Source: Spironucleus salmonicida
Lineage: Eukaryota
DNA length: 64,000 nucleotides
Direction: 5' to 3'
Assembly: GCF_000497125.1 (NCBI RefSeq)
Contig: NC_090604.1
Coordinates: 206,651-270,650, forward strand
Below the pieces are notes generated by a model. It made no database searches, was not told the origin of the DNA, and worked only from the letters and a program-made list of their open reading frames with translations. Position numbers and translations under genes: made by a program. Shown here one piece after another: positions 58,627 to 64,000 of this stretch (position 1 is the stretch's first letter; each line of letters opens with the position of its first letter).

Positions 58627-58733
58627 TGTATTCGCGGAGTGTGGTAATAACGTAAATAAGTAATACTGTATGATTACATGTTTTTTCATAATACATCCAA
58701 TATGACAATCTTTTTGCCTGGCTCCGAAAAATT

Positions 58734-58815
58734 CGACACCTATGGGATTTGAACCCATGCGCACAACGTGCAAAAGATTTCTAGTCTTTCGCCTTAACCA
58801 CTCGGCCAAAGTGTC
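58734..58815 (-). tRNA. trnS-AGA: tRNA-Ser(AGA)
   Basis: GACACTTTGGCCGAGTGGTTAAGGCG-AAAGA-CTAGAAA-TCTTT-long variable arm-CATGGGTTCAAATCCCAT-AGGTGTC-G; 82 nt; followed by T5. Confidence 0.95.
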
Positions 58816-59840
58816 ATAGAATACGAGCAGTTGTAGGGCAATGTATAATTTTCCCAGCTTACCAAAATGAAAATTTGGCACGGAAGCTGTGCGCCTGACT
58901 CCCATTACCTGATTACGCCGCATTATGCTTGGCAAGCACAATATAGTAGAACCCCAGGATACTTTCGCCACTCCAACACATGAGTCAGTGCGTTTCTGAT
59001 TTATTATACATTATAACGATATTAAACCTGAAAGTGATGCCAAATTAACTCCTCCTAGACCCAAACTATACCTTTAAAAATCTATTTCCAAGCAGCTCGA
59101 CGTGAAAAGTTAACGCCGCTAAAGACATTAATTGCTCAAATTCTGGGCTTTTCGCACCTTCAAATTAACTGGAAAAGCCAATTCGCATTCTTAGGAATTT
59201 GCAAAATGGGTCGTAAAATTGCTGCTAATTTTAAGGTGGTGCGGTGACAAAATTTTGGTGTGTTTTTGCTAATATTGCGCTGGGAGCATTTGCGGTAATT
59301 TAGGATTAAATTTTGGCGGTGTTCTGTTTCTGATATAAAGGATCGTTTTGTAGTAAATTATAGTGTTGTTGTGGTATTAAGAGCGGTAATTTGTCGTTAA
59401 AATACGTGACGTATCAGTAAGGAAGTTTTATGGTTTTGGGCATTTGCAGAAAATTATGATTATTAATGTATAATAATTATATAATAGTATTTTGGAATTG
59501 AAGATGTGGAAGGGGTTTTCGTTGAGTGAAATGATTGAAGGGTTGGGTTTATAAGAAAAAGGTTAAAGCTAAAAATATTGTAGGATTATGTGCGGTAGGA
59601 GTGGGTTGGGTATGTTGTGCATAGTCTGATGGCAGCTTTGGAAGAATGCGCTGATTGTTTCGCTAAATTTGTGATTTGCGTCTCTACTTGCAGTTCAGGT
59701 ATATCCGTTTATAATAGTATGCATTGATATATAAAATTATATTTAGATGTTCCTAACGTGAAAAGTTACGTCCTTAATGTATTAGTATATTAATATACAA
59801 GAATAAAAGGGCAATATCCAAAAACGCCAATCACATGAAG

Positions 59841-60071
59841 TCATACATCTTACCCTAGCGCCAGCTGGCCGTCCAGCCACTCTAACCGCTCGCCCAGCCC
59901 GTATAGCTCCACTTTCATCTTGGAGTGGGCCTCGAAGAACGGTTTGGCGATGGAAAACGGGATCACACGCCTCGTGGTGTGCCTAGCGTCATGACTTAAG
60001 TTTATGCATGAACTGTGGTGCTACAGGTTCATCTCGCGGTGTAGGTACATTCCAGCAGCGTGGAACGTCAT
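59841..60071 (-). CDS. Hypothetical protein, 76 aa
   Basis: MTFHAAGMYLHREMNLQ...LALGQDV* in a GC-richer island. Confidence 0.3.
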
Positions 60072-61339
60072 TCTCAATAACTTCAATGAGCTGATATTGT
60101 TAATTATATGGTTATGACTGGTTTATGCTTTATTTTTTTCTTGGTTAGTTTTACTATTAAATTCACCTTGCTGAAGTCGCAAAAAAAATTTAAGTAAAAA
60201 TACAAAAAAATATTATTATATATAAATTACATTGCTAGATTTCCTAAATTAAACAAGGTTTATAGCAATCCTGCGCTAGGCAGCTGCAGATGTAAACGAT
60301 TAATATTTAATAATGTCCAGATTTAGTATTAAAACTTAACTTGTTAGGTGCCTCCAGAGAGAACTACAGTTGGCTCCAAGCTACCTATTTAGTTATTATG
60401 GCAGAGCCCGGACCCTATGAGAAAGCCCTGCAGCATTATTACGCAACTTACAGCAAATTAAGGATGCAAGGTATTTCTTCATTATTCTATATCCATGCTA
60501 TAAGCGCGTATTACTTCATACGAATTTTTGATTTTATGTGCTGGTGGCTAGCACTTTCAATCTCTAAAGTTCAACATGACAAGGGTATATTTTACTATTC
60601 TCTTCTCGATCACGCATACTAATTAGCAGCCAAAGAACCCAAATATTACATGATGGGATAGGCACTATTCGCTTGTTTGACGATCGGCCACCCTTATTTT
60701 AATCTTGAAGCACACGGAAGCGTAATGCGTTGCATGCAATGGTAAGCAGGATACGAAGTGCATGATGGCAGGCAGGTTGCTTATGCAAGATTTCGTAACA
60801 AACTAAATATCCATATAGGTATATGAATATAATAGCCAGAAAAATGAAAATTGCGTATTACTTGCCTGGGCGAGTGCCTGACATTGGTTGGGCTTGAACA
60901 ACGATTCTCTTACCGAGAGAATCTACTAAAGTTATTTGATGGCACCAGCTTATTGATAATGCTTGGTAGAATCACGAGCGAATCAAATTTATCCACCTGA
61001 AGAGCCCACTGGCATACAATTACTATCGTATTACTGTCTGGTAATGCCCACCTGGCGCATATCCACTTAGTCTAGAATCTTGTTTCACCCTGTATGCATT
61101 CGGTACAGTAGCTAGAAAACTAGCTCCCTGAGATGTTTACTATGTTAACCTAAGACAAGGAGAGCTTTCTGCTAGAATATTAAAGTAAGCACATTTCACT
61201 GCTACTTAATTCATCTAGTGCAATATATACCACAGTCCAGGTACCTGCATTTTACGTGCTACGCCTAGACGCTAAATACACTCACAGACTGCTAGCAAAG
61301 TTGTTCGTAAATCGTGAAATTTCTAACAATTACCGAGGG

Positions 61340-62050
61340 ATTAGTTGCATAGCTGTTAATATAGTAGTACGCTAACCTTACCCAACAACTCCAATTACTC
61401 CCAACACGCGAACCACACGGCCAGAAATCGCCCACGACCTATTAGATTCACCTAAGTATCCCTCTAAATCTTCCAGCACATACCCGCTATTATTTTATCG
61501 TCCTCTGCACATTTCTCCTCATCTCCATAAGGACATTCAGCAAACCTCCCTTGCCGCCGTCCTGACCGTCGCTGCAGGAAGTGCCTTTTCTGCGGCATCG
61601 CACTCACATGCGGGGGAAATACCTTCCAGATAAGTAGTTGGTCCTCCCTCCTAAAAAGAGTTGCAGTTCGCGGTTCCGTCACCGTGTATGGTGGTACTGT
61701 AGCCGTTGTCATCGCGGGAATTGCAAAATGCAACAGAAGCGTAAACATAACATTTTGACTCGCACAGGCGCAGCACTTCGTTGGAGCGGCATAGCATGCC
61801 TTTGCGCCATTTGCTCAGCACTCTCGATACGTCGAACAATCGAATATACTATTTTGGGCTCCCCTTCATTCCACCAGAATGTATATTATGTAAGGTTGTG
61901 CGCATGCGGTGTACGGGATTCTGTCTAGAAAGGCCCAGGAGGGCCCTCAGCCCAGGCAGCGAATCCGTATTTCTTGCCGTCTACTGTCTCCCTGTCGTCG
62001 GCATACCATCCCAGGTCCAGCTTCGTGTCGTAGGTGCACGGGACGCAGCT
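61340..62050 (-). pseudogene. Decayed CRMP1 pseudogene (limits approximate)
   Basis: KCAEDDKIIAGMCWK and a downstream LAYYY echo [16 protein letters not shown]...LAYYF of 62639..63493; multiple frameshifts. Confidence 0.55.
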
Positions 62051-62638
62051 CTTAGAGCCTACGCGGGTGACTGGCAGATATGACCGACCTAGCATGGTTT
62101 TGCAGTGCCTTACAGCTTGCGGGTGGTCTTCTGTTTCGAACTGAGGAACTGTAGCATGATTCTCCTAAAGAGCGCAAATTGGTTTTCATGTTTTTCTATT
62201 TTGCTAAGTTGGGACTAGGTTGGGTATCCAGAGCTAAGCTCATGATGCGATTAGTATCCTGCATATTATATAAACTAGATACCAAAATTAAAATTCCGCT
62301 CCAATTAATATTAGACACTAACGTATTAGATTGAATATGACACCCTATGACGACAATATGAGTCCACTGACGGCCAGCACTCGCCCTGTGCGGTCGGCTA
62401 TCCCAACAGCAGCATGTGCAAAGGATGCAAAGCCAGATACAAGGCAAGGTGTGATCGATATCTAGCGGTGCCAGCCCGCTAGCAGGATATTTATGTCTCT
62501 CCGGAGCACAGTTGTACCCAGTACGATAATTTCCACTTTCCCTTATTCCCCACGTCTGCTGCTCAAATCCGTACGACCTCCGCTCCCGGATCGCTAAATA
62601 GCACCTGCGGCCATCTAGCCATATTATGCCAAATTCTA

Positions 62639-63493
62639 TCACTTCCTGGCCTTCTTGATGAAGTAGTATGCCAAGCCGCCACCAACTGCACCAGCAACCA
62701 CCAATACCCCTATGATAATGCCGGCAATCGCACCACCACCTATTTTATTCTGCTAGCCTGCGTCCTACTTGGCCCAGCACATTCCAGCTAGAATTTCATA
62801 CCCTTCCGCACATTCACTGCACGTACCGTCTTTCGCCTTCACTGTATTGGGCAAACATGTCTCGCAGGCAGTCTTTTTATCATTACAGGAGGCACAGCTT
62901 CTAACCGCTCCGCATCTGCAGGCCGAATCAAGCCCTTCCGCGCACAATGTGGGAACTCCATTCTTGCAGTATTATCCATCTTGGAGGCTATTGCAGCTGG
63001 CCGTGCACTTTCCGTCTATCGTAGTAGTATAAGCGCCTGGAGTACAGAAGTTGCACACTGTTTTTGAGGAGCAAAAAAGACAATTTTACTCGCATGGCTC
63101 ACAGCGATTTGCTGACAAGTTGCAGAAGGTCATGCGTTCTTGTTCACAGTCTTATAAAGAATTGCAAACTCTAACGCATATATTCTTTTCCATGGTGTAC
63201 CCCTCAGCGCAAGCGTCGCACTTATCAGAGCTCTTACACTTGCCGCACCCTTTTGAGCATATAGTGCACCCATCCCCATCTAGAAAACTTCCTGGGATGC
63301 ATTTTGAGCACGTATTATTTGTGCACTCTCTACAATGGGTATTAACTGTATTGCTCACACAGTAGCAGCCTTAGCCGAGTTTTATGTCATCGGAGCAAGC
63401 GATGCAGCTCACTTCAGTATCCTCTACAGTCGGGCAGTAATATCCTGCCTTGCATTTGGTGCTCGATCTACTACATGTTCCGGCGTCGGGCAT
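62639..63493 (-). CDS. CRMP1-type cysteine-rich membrane protein, 284 aa
   Basis: [14 protein letters not shown]... with CXXC motifs, [28 protein letters not shown] and tail KKARK*; AAGTGA stop. Confidence 0.92.
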
Positions 63494-64000
63494 TTTGAAT
63501 GGATGCACGTATTATAGTAGAATAACCGTGGTATAGAATAACTTACCAGTTTCGAATTTATTGAATATTGCTTGATATGGTATAGAAGTTATTATATGCA
63601 TAAACTAAAAATGGAATAACGTATTTATATCTATAAAGTATATATTTGTGAGAACAGTTTTTCCAGTGTTTATTGCTTGTTTATGTAGATATGCTACGTC
63701 TCCGAATGGAGCCCTGGACCGGAACTGCATGAGGCTACCATGCGTACTGGTATCAGCGCGGTGCACCGAGAGGGCCTTGGAGCAGGGAACTGGGATATGC
63801 AGGTACACCGCAAAACACCTCCCGAAAGCTCACTCTGCACGGCAGCACTCCGGCTTTGGGGGCTCTTACCACGCCCAACGATGTTAAGAAATAAGTGCGC
63901 TTCCCAGACAGCCTAGCATGCTCCTAAGAATTTACGCAAGGTATCCCCTCAAGGGCCTCATTGAGCTAGGCAACCTCCTGGAAGTTGGTCTGGGCCGCGC
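62917..64000 (-). repeat. Right arm of inverted repeat (runs off the window)
   Basis: Reverse complement of 54547..55630. Confidence 0.93.

Noticed and set aside
58531-58971. 146-aa minus-strand track ORF
   Set aside because: Runs through the tRNA-Ser gene. Only the part from ATG 58626 is plausible, and it continues past TAG to 58360.
60341-60826. Possible plus-strand hypothetical ORF under table 6
   Set aside because: No recognisable motif or AGTGA stop; this length is attainable by chance with one stop codon.

Overview
Eukaryotic DNA from a hexamitid diplomonad, most likely Spironucleus salmonicida or a close relative. Genes read through TAA/TAG as Gln with TGA as the only stop, many stops are fused to an AGTGA motif, C-rich tracts precede some ATGs, and CXXC-rich membrane proteins (CRMP, VSP-like) dominate. 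Bases 1-38326 are a near-identical tandem array with a 1963-bp period. Every unit carries a 5S rRNA gene followed 187 nt downstream, on the same (minus) strand, by a 408-aa cysteine-rich membrane protein gene: 19 CRMP copies and 24 5S copies. Four spacers hold two 5S genes at a 213-bp period, joined by a unique G-rich linker. The AT-rich remainder holds four intact CRMP genes, several CRMP pseudogenes, a possible 5'-truncated retroelement-like ORF, a type I membrane protein gene, short hypothetical genes and tRNA-Ser(AGA). It also has a >1-kb inverted repeat, whose left arm is a truncated CRMP fused to an antisense fragment of the array gene. The supplied standard-code ORF track fragments or misses most genes outside the array. 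All calls are by-eye readings; no searches were run.
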